A DNA stretch of 64,000 bases from Yuukianura sp. NJ FZ-2021. Taxonomy: Eukaryota. Position numbers and translations under genes: made by a program. The DNA is taken from positions 3,410,001 to 3,474,000 of the forward strand of contig CM102283.1 of the NCBI GenBank assembly GCA_046563655.1, written 5' to 3'. Position 1 is the first letter of the stretch. Each line of letters opens with the position of its first letter. Below, piece by piece: positions 39,893 to 53,629 of the stretch. The notes below the pieces were generated by a model. That model had not been told where the DNA came from. It ran no database searches and saw only the letters and a program-made list of their open reading frames with translations.

Positions 39893-42800
39893 CTACATAT
39901 TCAGAAGCGATCGGATTTCTTTGTGCATGTGACACAGAAAATCTACATAAGCGGAATGACCATCCACGCTCCTGTCCTCCACCAGAAACTTCTTCATCAC
40001 CACCTCCAACTTGTCTCTTTGGCGAATAACAGTAAGCTAAAAAATTTTCAAAATTATGAAAAAATTCAAATTCAAGAATCTAATTTTTTAAATACTTACT
40101 CTCATGTGTCGATTTCTCTCCGTTCTTAGTTTTCGAATGAGAGATTTGAGTCGCAGGGATTCATCTGACGTAATTTGGTCCGGAAGTTCCGTAATCGTCT
40201 CAGTATTCAATTGGCCTAAATTTGCTACTCCAAAAATATTCTGCAGCCAATCAGGACTCACGGCGCTTCCAATCCACAGAAAAATATAAATTCCATTTTC
40301 TGAAAAACCAAAATCAAAAATGAAATTCAATCTTTTGAAATTAAAAATCCAAATCCAAAATCAACTTTTCAAAAGTTTTGACTTACCCAAAATATAAGCG
40401 GAGTCTTCTCTCATTCTTTCTACGGAACATCTAACGGGAATCGGAGTAAAAGTTTTAGTTGGATCCACTTCTGGTCCGGCAATAGCAAGGAGTTGCGGGT
40501 AAAAGTGATGGACAGTCGTCTCCACTCCCATGGTCATCACAGTGAACATGATCCAAGAACGATCGTCTGGGGTCAAATCTTGACCTCCCGCAACAGCATC
40601 ACTTCGTAGAATACAGTTGACATAGAGAGGAAGAAGTTTGAGGCATTCGGGCAATATCAGTTGACCTGGCATCGTTGGATTGGCACAATGTTTCCGGTAC
40701 GTTGCCAGCATTTGAGCACTCCTGAATAATTAAAATTCCAAATTCATGAAAAATCCAATTTCGATTTCAACAAAAAATCGATTTCACATGAAAAAATAGA
40801 TTACCTCTGAATAATTCCGTCTCTCATTGTCTGTGGCGTGGTTTCGATTGACCTAGAAATGGCCTGTTTTGCTAGAAAATTAATGATTGTGTCCAATTCA
40901 CAACTACGGTACAAATCAGCCATTTGTTGACATGTACTCAGGGCCAGGTTATGAATCCGTAATCTCCGTTGACCTACAAAAAATTATCAATTTGAAGCAA
41001 ATTTTCAAAACAAAATTGAAACTTTTCAAGAAACTTGCTTTTTTTTAACTTTACCGTAAATGGATGTGTACAGAAGTGCTACTTGGATGTAAACTCCTTC
41101 CTCGTCGGTCAATTTATCATCATGTTTCACTTCCACAGCAATGCTCTTGCTGGAGTCAATCGCTGCCAATTCAACATCAGTTGTGTTGGCCATGTAAAAG
41201 TGACCGAAAAAGTCCGTCGGCCGAACGCCCGTCGACGTTCTGACTCTCATCACAGCATCAAATGCTGTCGAGCGACCCAAATGCATTGCCAAGTCTCCAA
41301 TCACCCTCGACCCATCCACGTCCGCCTGATAACAAAACAAAAGTATGTTGGTTTTTTGAAAAACTGAAATTGAAAAATGTGAATTCCGACATTGAAATTC
41401 ACTTCTTTTTGAAAATGCTGGCAAATATTGGCAGTACCTGGAAGTAAGTGTACTTGTTGACCGATCCTCCAGTGACTCTCGCTGCTTGTCCAATAGTGGC
41501 CACATCGACATAAGAGTTATTGAACAAGTAGAGGTCAACGGACACTCCGCATCCAACGCAATCTTGGGCCAATTGATTGTAGTAAGTCGTTTGCGGGGTC
41601 AAAACAGCTTTTTCCTTGTCGGTTCCCAACAGTCTTCGGTCACCTTCCCGATTTTTTAATTTCCCCGGCGCAGATTCCGATGTTGGAAGAGATGAGTGGA
41701 ACACCAAAACTTTTCCAACACGTTCCGAAGCCTATTCAAAAAAAAACTTTAGAACTTCAATCAAAACATCTTTCAAAATTAAAGTCGTCAACATGAAAAT
41801 GGGCAAAAGCTAAAGGATTTTGAGACTCAGAGTGTTTTATAAATTTTTGAACTTTTAATTTTGAGTTCACCTTGAGCGCTTCCATTCCACCTTGAATCGC
41901 TGCGCCCAGCGTCCCCTCTGTTTCTTTGGTATCAGCGAACATGGCTGGAATTTGGGCCATCAGATTCTCAATTGACGTCGTCGCTTCTCCGCGTGGAACG
42001 AAAAATCCATCCAGAATGGGCATGAACATGTCACCCACATCAGGCACAATTACCATTTGAGGTTGACTCAAGTTCGGATCAATGTTGTAGAAATGAACCT
42101 GAAAGAATCAAAGATTTTCAAAATTTTGAAATGAATTTGGAAATTTTTAAAACTACCTTGGAGTTGTAAGTAATGAATCCAACTGGAGTATGTGGCGGTA
42201 AGGCTTCAAGGAGTTGCACGATATTAGCACAAAGTAAATTGACTAAACCCGATTTCACGTTGTTGTACGACACGTCAATGGCAAAAATGTATCCAGGCTC
42301 CTTTGGCGCTACATTATTCTATGTAAAATGATAAAAATCATATTAATCGATTAATAACACAAAACACAACCAATTAATCATGATTACTTGACTTTTTTTT
42401 TGTATGATTACCCTGCAGTACTCCGGTGTGGCCATGAATTCATAAGATCCGCGCCACAACTCCGGTCGATCCCACTTGTCCGCTCTCTGTCCAGTATGAT
42501 CCAGATGCTGGAAGTATTCTGGCGGTACTTCCGTGGTGGCTTTGCACAACAAACACTGGAACCGCCTTCCTCCGTCGATAAATTGCATCAGAGGAGACAT
42601 GTAGGCTTTGCATCTTATGCATCTCACTGGACCAACGGCACCAAGGTCCACACACATCATTTGCTGCTCATCGGCTGCAGGATTAGCGAAGGGACTGATC
42701 TATAAAAACAAAAATTGAGTTAATTACTTATGAATTAGTAATTACTCAAGTAAATTACTTAGTAATTCAAAACTTACAACAAGTGCGAAAGGAACTGCTG

Positions 42801-44004
42801 TTTGCTTCATCATGTCCGGTTGAGCAGGAACAGAATACATCGTTGATCTCATAAATCTTGGACTTGAATTTCCTTGATCGTCGACTTGGTATTTCGTAGT
42901 GACGAGAGGCGGAAGTAGTCCGCGTTGATTCGTTTGAAAAACGCCGCCACGAGTCTGTTGGTCCTCTTGCATCACGCTGAGCTAAAAATGAGAAAAAGTA
43001 ATTGATTAATCATCAATCAATTTGGAGTGGAATTGCCAATTGGGAATAGAAATTAAGCTTACCGGAGAAGGCATTTGCTCTGGATCCAATCTCCGTCCCG
43101 TACCTCCTCCAGATGGAGGTTGCTGTGCTGGATAAGCTCCAGGCGCCATTGGTCCACCATAGCCAGGCTGCTGGAATTGACCTGGACCTGGAGGCCGCAT
43201 TGGCGGAAGTTCTCCAGGACCTGGAGCTGGGTATTGTTGCTGAGGTAGAGACGATGGTCCATTTTGCATTGGAGGAAACCCTGGACCAGGAGCATATGCT
43301 TGTTGACCCATTCCAGGTTGCTGTTGACCCATTCCGTGTTGCTGTTGACCCATTCCAGGCTGCTGTTGACCCATTCCAGGCTGCTGTGGCATTCCAGGCT
43401 GTTGGCCCGGTCTCGGTGGATACTGTGGATATCTCGACGGTTGGGCTCCTGGAGCAGGATGCTGCGGAGGCTGTCCATATGCTGGTTGTGGATACGTCGG
43501 TTGTCCTTGAGACGGCTGCGAATACGTGGGTTGACCTACTGGAGTTGGTTGTGTCTGTCCCGGTGGATACATTGACGGTTGCGGTGGTGCTGCGGAAGTA
43601 TTCTGACCCTGTGGATACTGCTGATACATTGATGGTTGTGGTAGTGGTGCAGAAGTATTATTCTGTGCTGCTTGTGGATACTGCGGATACCCTGGTTGTT
43701 GTGCTGGCGGACCAGGCTGTTGCTGTGGAGGTTGTCCGGGATAGGCCGATTGTTGTGGCCCAACCGGCTGTTGCTGTGCTTGTGCCTGGGGATACTGGGG
43801 GTATCTTGGTTGTTGACCTGCAGGAGCAGGCTGTGGCGGGAGTTGACCCTGGAGAGGTACTGAATTCGTGTACCCATTTTGAACCGGTTGACCCATTTGT
43901 GGACCCTGACCTTGCGGAGGTACCATTTGTTGACCTGGCGGCTGCTGGGGGTACTGCGGATACCTCGGCTTCTGCTGCTGCTGCATCATCTGCGGTTGGG
44001 CCAT
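39893..44004 (-). CDS. SEC24C: COPII cargo adaptor SEC24 (C/D type)
   Basis: P/Q-rich N-terminus, RRLDPEQMPSP, DQGNSSPRFMRSTMY, zinc finger PVRCIRCKAYM...QCLLC, FAIDVSY, GQLILPECLKLLPLY, SYVDFLCHMHKEIR. C versus D cannot be resolved. Confidence 0.95.
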
Positions 44005-44104
44005 CCTAGGCTCGGCTCAGACTTACTCACTGTCTCAACTAATTGCCGAATTAATCAATTACTTAAGTTGTTGATTTGGTTTTATAAATGAGAAATCTTT
44101 GATT

Positions 44105-44112
44105 CCACGTCA
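44105..44112 (-). promoter_or_regulatory. TGACGTGG (UPRE / CREB3-CrebA-type) site upstream of SEC24
   Basis: CCACGTCA about 100 bp upstream of the ATG, with a second GCCACGT at about 44130. Confidence 0.4.
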
Positions 44113-44705
44113 GCAACGGAGACTTCACTTGCCACGTACGGACTGAGGGAAAGTCAATGCAAAACACAATGCCAATTGGGAATTGCCAAAAACAACAAAT
44201 GACGAATCAGGTCGCACTAAAAGACACTCCAACACACTTACGCAGAGATGGGCATCACCAACTTAATTACAAGTAATTAGATGTCAGTAATTACTTAATT
44301 ACTTGAAACAGACAGTAATTTAGCATCGATGAACTTTGAATTTAGCAGCTTGGAGAAATTATGACTCAAAAATTATAAATGTTTTGCGAAATATACAAAG
44401 TAGTTTATTCGTGCTAAATCTAGCGTATTTACAAATTCATTAAATTACTAATTACTAAATTAAATTACCAGTATTTAAAAACGTGCTGTATGTTGCTATC
44501 GGGTCCGCTCTCTCCAACAACTCGTCCGAAGTTAACAAAGTGTCACGGCTTCTGTAGGAATTAATCTGATTGTTCAAGTCCACTCTAGTTTATCCTCTGC
44601 TGTAGACTCTGAAACATAAAATTAATCACAATTAGTACTCATGTTAACTTTAATTTAGTTAATGTAATAATTAGTCTAGACAAAACTTACAATTCATTGT
44701 GTAGA

Positions 44706-45541
44706 TCATGCAAGAGAGCCTGGGCGAGCATTCTGGAGTTCCGAGTCGTTCCGTCGACGTTTGACAGCAACCGATTCCTTGCGTTGGCCCGGAGACTTGC
44801 TGCTGTAAGCCTTTGACAACGAAGGGCCCAGCTCCCCCCGTTTTCTCTTCAGAGTCCATACGTTCCTGATGACTTCCTTTTCCGCTCGTTCCATAATCCT
44901 GTCCCAGTCTTGCTGGAACTTCTCAGAGCAGAGTCTGTCCAAGTGGATCTTCTCAAATTCCGGAATCAGGTGCTCTTTGTTCAAGATCCGAAAAATCGGA
45001 GAGGTTCTATTGACAGCGACGGTAAGCTGGTCTGTCACTCTTTGTCTCATGAGGTCATCCGAATCCGGGTCTTCGCCATCGTCATGTTCTGGCTGATTGA
45101 ATTCCACGACGACCGGAACAGGAACTTTGACAGGCGCAGGTCCTTGATTGATCTTAACAGGCATTGGATTCGTGATGGTCGTTTGGTGGTTCGTGACGGC
45201 CGTTCGGAGCTTCGGATCAGGCGCAGGACTGTCATTGTCGTCGTCACCAGTCAGCTGGCTCTGGAGTATTTTTTGTCGTCGTGCTGCGTCGTCATGCAAA
45301 TCAGTGACTCCGGTCCGCCGTGACTGGAACTTCTGGGTGTCATCTTGACGTCGTGTCGCTCTGCTCAGGGTTCTCTGCACGTTTGAACTCTCGCGAAGCG
45401 GATAGCCCGTCTACAAGTAACAATTTTTCTGATTAATCGAACACATTAACTAATTCAATAAGTTTAAAACTTTTTGTTATGCCTAGATTCAGGGTTACTG
45501 ACCTTAGAGCAGGTTAAGTTAGAAATTAAGCCAAAATCCAT
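44706..45541 (-). CDS. Uncharacterised hydrophilic protein (exons about 45541-45503 and 45410-44706)
   Basis: MDFGLISNLTCSK spliced in phase to TGYPLRESSNVQRTLSR..., continuing into the 224-aa ORF; no recognised domain. Confidence 0.55.
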
Positions 45542-46483
45542 AGTGGATTGGACGTTGGGTTGTCGTGTGGATGGATTTTAGTGTTACCGAGGGCAACGAC
45601 CGCTACTGTTATGCTGAAATGCTGGCAGTACTTTCTTGGTAGAGGTCAACGACCTAGAAGTTTTTCTTCAAAATCGAAGTGCACGTAAGCTACCAACACA
45701 ACCGACTCCTCCAACCTCCAGTCGCAGACTGTTTGTCTTTTTGCTCGAGAGCAACGGACAAAATATTTTTTTAGCAAAACAAATCCCCATGGAAGGTTAT
45801 AAGCTGTCCAACAATTAGCATTTGTAACAAACAGTTTGCTAGAAATGTGATTTCATGAATTTTGAAACGCAAAATGTACGTTTTTCCACAAAATTTTACA
45901 TTTCCGTATCCGTAGTCTTTTACTTCTTGTCCCGACTTGTAAGAATCTGACGTTGACCATATGCAAAGAAAATCGATTTAAGTACGATTAGTGGATTGTT
46001 TTTGTGAAAAAGTCAATTTTATTTAGAAGATTTTGATATTTCATACTAAATACGAAATATTTTAGCCTTCGAACTAAACGTTTTGAACTCGTATTTAAAA
46101 AAAACGATTTTTAGACAGGAAAACGAACAATTTACACAGGAAAAGTTTTGTTTTGTTTTGTTTTACTGTAAAGACTCTAATTATAGGCGGTGGCTAAAAG
46201 AAAACAGACTAAGAGCCAAAGTACAAGCTAGGGCTTCTATTTAGAAGTTTTACGGTACAAAGGACATAAGTATTGCAACAAAGTCAATGTATTTACGATA
46301 GATTAATTGCTGCATTAATTTACGTATTTAGTAAAAAAAAAAGCTACTGTGCGTTTGTCTTTTTTTAATAAATAACAAAACAATAGACAAAATACAAAGT
46401 ATAATAACAAATAGTATGAAAACTAAAGTTGAAATTGACGTTAGCAGATTTTGAAAAAGTTTGGAAATTTTGAATTTTTTAAA

Positions 46484-49400
46484 CTATTGACCGCTCGTTA
46501 CTAAAAACTGTCCGTTTCTTCGTATGCCTTCGTCATTGGGCCAATGAACAGCACCGCTGGTGCTGCCATCTCTGTACCTCTGTCCTTGCTGTTGCTGAAA
46601 CAGTCGTTCTTTTAGCATGCGCTGTTGCTGAATTTGCTGTTGAACTTGTTGCTGTTGCTGTTGAAGGAATCCAGGATTTCTGAAATTCCTGTGCCTGTTA
46701 CCTAGCAACGCCTGCAGAGGATGTCTGCGCATGACAATTGGTGGAGGTGCAGGTCGATGCAAGTACTTTGTCCTGTCGATCATCTTTCCATGCTGAACGC
46801 TCGGACTTGGATCTTGGTCTTCTCCAGACGGGAATTTGATTCGTCCAGAATGTAAAGGCGGAGACGGGATTGGTTGAGAAGGGACCAATGACGGGAAAGG
46901 ATTTGGAGCTCTCTGATTGGCTACTGAATTGGACCAATGAGAACCTTCAGCACTTTGGTCAAATAAGGCCACAGTTGTTGTCGGCCGAAGTTTGAGGGCT
47001 TCAGCAAAACTAGGCAGAATTGAACCCGTGACTTTACTATTTGGAGCATACTGGAGCTGCTGCGCATGTAAATCACGTAGTGACTGAAAATTGTTGTGCA
47101 CAAAAGTCCGGTTTTCACCGGAACTGTAAAGTACCGGTCGCCAAGTATCGGAAACCACCGGTACAAATCCGGCAGAAGTACCGGAAATACCGGAAGGTTT
47201 GAAATTGTAAACATTGGAATGGAAATCGATCGGTTCTGGCGGGTGGAATCCAGAGGAATTCAAATTCAAATTTGAATTTGGCGGTGCAACTTCTACGATT
47301 CCTCCAGATTGTGGTGAAGTTTGTTCTGTTTCATCAAATTTTTGTTCAAATGCTGGCAATATGGTTGAAAAAGCTGGCAGTATATTTGAACCAGCTGGTT
47401 TATGCTGCTGAGATAGCGGGAGTTTCACAGTAGCGGGAGTTGGAATTTGAAAAAACAAATTTTCGTCAAGTTGACTTACTGGTTGACGTTCGAAGAAGAA
47501 ATTTTGAACGTCGTGATTCTGATGTTGGTAGCCGTCAATTTGAACGTGATTTAAACTGGGCTCTATTTTTTCGTCGTCGACGGTTTTCTTCTTGTTTTGA
47601 TCCTCAGAAACTTTATTTTCAAAAAATATGGCGCCAACTTTTTTGTTCTCAGTTTCCCGCGTTTTCTCTGCCGAACTTTTTTGAATTTTCGTATGACTCT
47701 GTTCTGAAATTGGCCTCTGCGCAGTAGAATTTTTCAAAATTGGTGTCATTTTGGACGAATTCGGTTCGGAACCGGATTTTACAGGAGGTGGGGCAACTTG
47801 TGGGTGGATTTCGGAGGCGGAGCTTAGCGGTTGACGATCACGGTGCAGAGTATTGCCAGTATCTGGTCCTCTACTACTGCCGAAGTCCACTTCAATGATA
47901 TGACTCGGCGCGGGAACTTCGTCGTCCTCCGTGGATTCAAAATTTTCACTCCCCTCCTCCTCCTCCTCGCGAAAACTCTCCTCCACCGCTGCCTCCGCCC
48001 CTAAACCGTGCTCAAAATACCCTCCACCGTAACCGTGAAACAGTTTTTGTTCATCCAGTGGTGAAAAAGTACTTGGTGGTATCGATAATTCTTTGAGGAC
48101 GTCGTGAAACGATGTTGGTCGAACCGGTACTTCCGAAATACTGCCAGTGTTGACGATATTCCCAACACGGTTCGGTTCGGCATCATTTGGAGACGAAGTA
48201 CTGCTGGCTTTGAACATATTAACAAAGTACTGGCCAAAACCGGTACCGGCGTACTGCGGTACCAAATCGGTAAACGTTGACGGCTCTGAGAATTCATCCA
48301 GTGTCGGACTGACGTTTTGTTTGCCAATTGTCGTCGGGGTGACGTTTCCTACAGGAATTTGCAAAGTTTCGTCGATTCTTGTGTCGTTTTCGGTAAAATT
48401 GGTACCGTAATTGACAGTATCGTTGACGGTATGATTTACGTCATTGACGGTGTCGTTGACGTACCATGACGGAAGTATGGCTGATGTGATTATACCGGAA
48501 GACGTTTCTTTCGTGACAAGCCGTTTATCAACATCATCGGCTCCAACCAAAACGTCAAGAAATTCGGAGCTGGGCATTTCCGAAGAATTCGTGGGTTTCT
48601 GGAGGTCATTGACCTTTGGCGGGTCAACTATGTTAATAGGTGAAGGTTTGGGCTGAAGGTCATTGACCTTGGGCGGGTCAACTATGTTAATAGCTGAGGT
48701 GAACCTTGGTGGGTCAACGACCTTGACGGGGTCAAGGACCTCAGCAGCACTTCCACCAAAGTTGGTCAGCTGATCGTCATTGACGTCAGAAACGCTAAGT
48801 GGCGTCGTCATTCTCGTTCTAATTGTTGTGTAAACTCTTGTGTTTGAATTTGCCGGCGAAAAACGTTCAAATGACGACAGTATTTCCGTTTTATTTTTAA
48901 ATTTTGGTGCCAAATTTTTGATTATCCTTTCAAGCAAGTTTCCTCTACTTGTACTTGACGTTTCGACTGAACTTGACGTACTTGGAATCGCTGGAAGCGA
49001 TTCGGTTGTTGACGTCTGAAAAATCACCGGTTCTGCCGATTCGTCAGCCTCTCCGGAACCCAATTTTTCCGTTGACGTAGAAAATGACGTCAGTTGCGGA
49101 CCGCGGTTGCGTCGTCGGTTGAAAAAAGTCGGACTGTTCTGATTGGCCGATGTTGGTTTTGGGCTGTTTTGATTGGTTGACGGTGGCATGGAGAAGAGTA
49201 CATGGGCATGCGTAGTACTGGTGGACATGTCTTGTTCTGAAGAGGAATGTTTGTGTGTTGGAAGCACTGCGACTGCACTCCATCTTTCGTTGCTCTTCGT
49301 TTCTTCTGATTTGAATTGAGAATTTGGCGGGCGTTCAACAGAGGAGCCCAAATTTGAAATTCTGCGGGGAAATTGATAGGGTGGATTGACTGTGGCCATT

Positions 49401-50681
49401 CTTGTGTCATGGTCAACTACTATGTAAGGTTTGGCTGGATTTGTTGTCGCTGCTTTTGTTGTGGCCTAAATTGCAAAAAAAAAGTATTAGAACTTTTATA
49501 AAGTTGAACTTTTAATTCGATTTGCTCCAATTCATTCCAAGTTTAAACAATCGAAGCGTATCTAACAAGTTGTTCAAATGCAGACGTCAAAGCTGCGCAA
49601 AGAGCAAAAACAAATGACTTAAGAATTAGTTGTTTCAAAAATTTCAAAAACTTCTGTCCTTCAAAATTTTGAATTTGGAAATTCAAATTAAGATTTCATA
49701 AATTTTCGTTTTCTTACTTTCGTTGTTGTGCTACTTGAGGACGGAAGTGGACTTGACGTTGTGCTATGACTCACACTGTATAGATTTTTTCTTTTCGTGG
49801 GCGTGGCTGTTGTTGTCGTTGTAATTGTTGTCTTTGTCATACTTGTTTTGGCTAAAAAACTTTCTACGGATGAACTTTCTTTGGATAAAGTGAAATCTGG
49901 CTGTTCCTCTTCACCTTCATCCGGAACGTAAACTGTCACTTCCGTCGTGGTTCTCGAGGTCACTGGGGTCAAGGTCACGCTCTCATTGGAATCAAACTTA
50001 TTCCGATTGAAACCGTAGAACAAATCAACGTCATCCACTCTGTCCACAGTCGAACTTCCAAATGCATTTCGACCTACATTTTCAAAAAAAATAGTTTTCA
50101 AAAAGTGTCATTTCAAAATGTTTTTTTTAATTAGCTTAGCAAATTGATTTTTTTACACCTCTAAATTCTAGCGAAGAGGTGTGAAGTTTTTGTCATGTGA
50201 CAACAAATCGAGAGGTCAATGACCTCTTGATGTCGTCACTCAAAACAGAAACTACTGTTTTGAAAAAATGAAAACCACAATTCTTCGAAAATGAAAAAAT
50301 AAAATTTTTGAAAAATGAAAGTTTCGAACTTGTTTTAAAACTTATTTTCTGAACAAGTTCAAGTGGCCCGAGCACCCTTGATTTAAAATTGATTAGTTTT
50401 GGACACCGTGCGTAGAACAAGGTGCGCCGTGACTTTCTATTGTTTTTGTTAAATGAACTGCGCATGTCCATTGAGCCATGTTTAGTTAATTAGCATATCG
50501 AGTGTCAGTTAATTACTAATTGAATTTTTCACGTACTTTTGAGAACAAAGAAGACCGTGATGACAACTGAGGCTGCTAGGCCCACCAGCAGCAGTACGCT
50601 GAAGCACCAGCAGAGAACTGCCCCGCCGCGGCCACGGCAGCATTCCACGTCACCCTCTGACCCATACTCCTCTTCATACAT
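46484..50681 (-). CDS. Large S/T/P-rich, mucin-like type II membrane protein (at least 3 exons)
   Basis: N-terminal TM VLCWCFSVLLLVGLAASVVITVFFVL preceded by Cys residues; spliced to a T-rich exon (about 50073-49719) and a 2.9-kb last exon with many NxS/T sites. The start may lie further upstream. Confidence 0.75.
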
Positions 50682-53629
50682 TGCATCGTGGTATGCTCTC
50701 TGCTGAAATAGTACAAAAACAGCAAAGATGATTGCAGAAAAGATTACAAGCAATTTGCAAATGTCAGTGTCAAAATTATTAGGTACAAGTAATTAGCAAA
50801 TTTCAAATTAAAGAATGACCAGGACACAGAAAAGATGAGCAAGATAAGAAAAAATTTAGCCTGAGGCTAAACTTTTTTTAAAGCACAATTTTCACATCCG
50901 CTTACAGCTGTAAAGTACAAACTGAATTTTTGGTTATTTAGAAAATTGACGAATCAAAAATACACAATTCTTTGAAAACTGTTTCAGACTTCTTTTGGAA
51001 GTTGTGGTTTCAGGTATTTTTTAAATAAAAATTGTGGTGAATCTTTTTCTGGGTGGCGGGAACTTCGAAAAATTTGAAATTTCGAACCATTACGGGAATT
51101 GCTAGCGTCTAAGCAGAGATTTGTCACTTTGTTCGTTTTTTGAAAGATTTTTTCGTTTTTTGTACAAAAAGAAGTGGCTGAAAGTTCTCTTTTTGAAAAC
51201 TTTTTTTTAATGAATTGTCATTGTTTGGTGGGCTGCGGATGCGCCTGCGTGGAAGTCTCTGAAGCCCATCCAAGGTCACGCCTCATGAACTGGGCTCTTG
51301 GCAAAGTCACAACACAAGAGCAGTGGGTCACTGGGACTCGGAACAAAGAGGTCAAACTATTTTATATTATAATTATTATTATATTATTATATATAATTAT
51401 TATACTTATTATATTTTACCCTAGCCTTGCTCAACTAATCTAATGCTAACCTTACCCTTGGAAACATTTGACCGCTTCTGCCAAACATGTTGACCTCCAA
51501 CTTCGCAAAGTATCAAAAAATCCCGGTTTTTACTAAAAACGTGGCAAATTTTGAAATTTTGAAAATTAAGTACTCCCAACTTCACTTGTTTTTAAATTTG
51601 ACACCCTAAACTGTTCTTTCCAAATCCAGGTTGACGTCAGCATTGCTCCAGAATTTGAAATTCAATTCTTAAAAAACTTTAACTTTTTTTTTTGATTTTT
51701 GTTTTGGAGTTGTAAAATTTAATGTGTTATTGTTCCGTTTTTGACAGTGTGTGGCACACTTCACTTTTAGAAATTGTTAATGTCCATTTTTAGAACTTTC
51801 AAACGGTGAATTGACCCAGTGAGGGGAAAGGTGTCGAACTTGTGCAAAATTTGTCAATTGCTAATGACACTTAAAATTTTTTATTTCTAAAAATGATTTG
51901 CAAAAAAGAGGACTTGACGGCAGCACTTGAAAGAAGTGAATGAGGATAGACTTTGCAAAGTGTTTGCGAAAAGGTTCCCTTGGTTCCTTTCCTAAAAAAA
52001 ACTGCGGAGGGATGCAAAAGTTTGCAAATTTTCAACCGGATTTCATCCCCCTCCACCTCGATCTACACTAAAGCACAGAAATGACAGCGTGGTAGGTTAA
52101 AAATATATTTTTATCATATATAAATCAATTTTAATTTTATATTATTATAATTTATCTAATTTGAAAATGGGAGTGTGAGATCTGCAAATGAGATGGGCAT
52201 GACGAAGCATCTAGCCTTACCGTTTTATTGCTGAAAAACTCATTTATTCTACTCAATTTAGTTTTAAAAATTAAATCAAGTGATTTGACCAAAAAAAAGT
52301 CCAAAATTTCAACACTTTTATCAAAAATTTTAAAAGTTTTTCAATTTCTGTGACGTTAAAAAAGTACAGTCCGAATGTACAGCGAATGTGACACAATTTT
52401 TGCAAAAAGTAAAGGAAGAAATGAAAAATGGAAAAACACAAATGGATTTCTGAAAGTGACAAAAATTTGCACGAGAGCAGCGGGGAGTCTGAAAATTTTT
52501 GACATTGGATCAACAACTTTACACTACTTAAGCAGTGTAATTTGGGAAAAATACTTTTTACATAACAAAATATAAAAAAAAGTATAATTTTATATTATGG
52601 GGGGTCGTTTGTGGTTGAATTTGTGCGTTATTAGAATGTTGTTGTTTGTTGTGATTGATCTCTGGGAAAAGTTAATCTGTGGGCTGTTCAAAGTCCCGTT
52701 TCCTAATCGTTACCCACTTTGGCACCAAAGCGTGTCGAGAGCATGAAGATTCTTCTGCGCAGAAACCATTTAGCATTTGGACTCATCATAAAGCACCTTC
52801 CTCTGCGCAGCTCGAACTCTAACTACTCATGCGCAGTACTCTACCAATTTAATGTTCACTCAACACAACTCTAATTGCAGGTTCATAAACACAAGAGTCC
52901 AACTTCCGCTCAATCCAACCCTGTTCTCATTCAAATTTTAAGTTCCTTAAAAAAATTTCTAAAAAATTTATGTTTTTTTTCGTGTTTGACTTTTGTGTTT
53001 AGAATGTTGGTGAATTAGGATTTGACAAAATCTATGCCAGTAAGGATCACACGAGCAGAACGAAAAATGAAAGTTTCATTTCGTTGCTTAACAAATTAGT
53101 TAACGAGCTTAACCAAAATAGTTAAACGCCAGTTTACTTAACAATTGAAACTATTTTTGTTAAATCTAAGTTAAACTTTTAATTAATTGAAGTTTGTTAG
53201 CCTTGACTAAAGCTTTACCTACTTTGATTTCATTTGTATGAATAAAAATTGACACCATTTACTTTCTAATTTTGTTTTGTCAATTTGAAAAAATGATTTT
53301 ATTCATTTATTAATAATTCATAAATTAATCAATTAGTTAACTATGTAAGTTATTTTTGTTTCGCAGAAAGTGGACATGACCTTAACTTGTTGCAGTTAAG
53401 TTAAAGTTAAAACCAACTTTAGACCAGTTTGGTCCAGTTTTTACTCGTCCGTTAACACTTAGCTCGTGCAATTATGTCCAGCAACTAAAAACTGTTAAAA
53501 GTTAAACGTCACTTAAGCTGAGATTAAAGTAAGAGGACGCCATTTAGGTACTACGTGAAGGCTGAGGTCACCAAGCATTGACCTTGTTGTGGCTCCACGT
53601 TTTGCAAAATTTACATGTTGAACATAATA

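Noticed and set aside
43113-44009. 298-aa plus-strand V/A/L-rich ORF
   Set aside because: Antisense shadow of the P/Q-rich SEC24 first exon.
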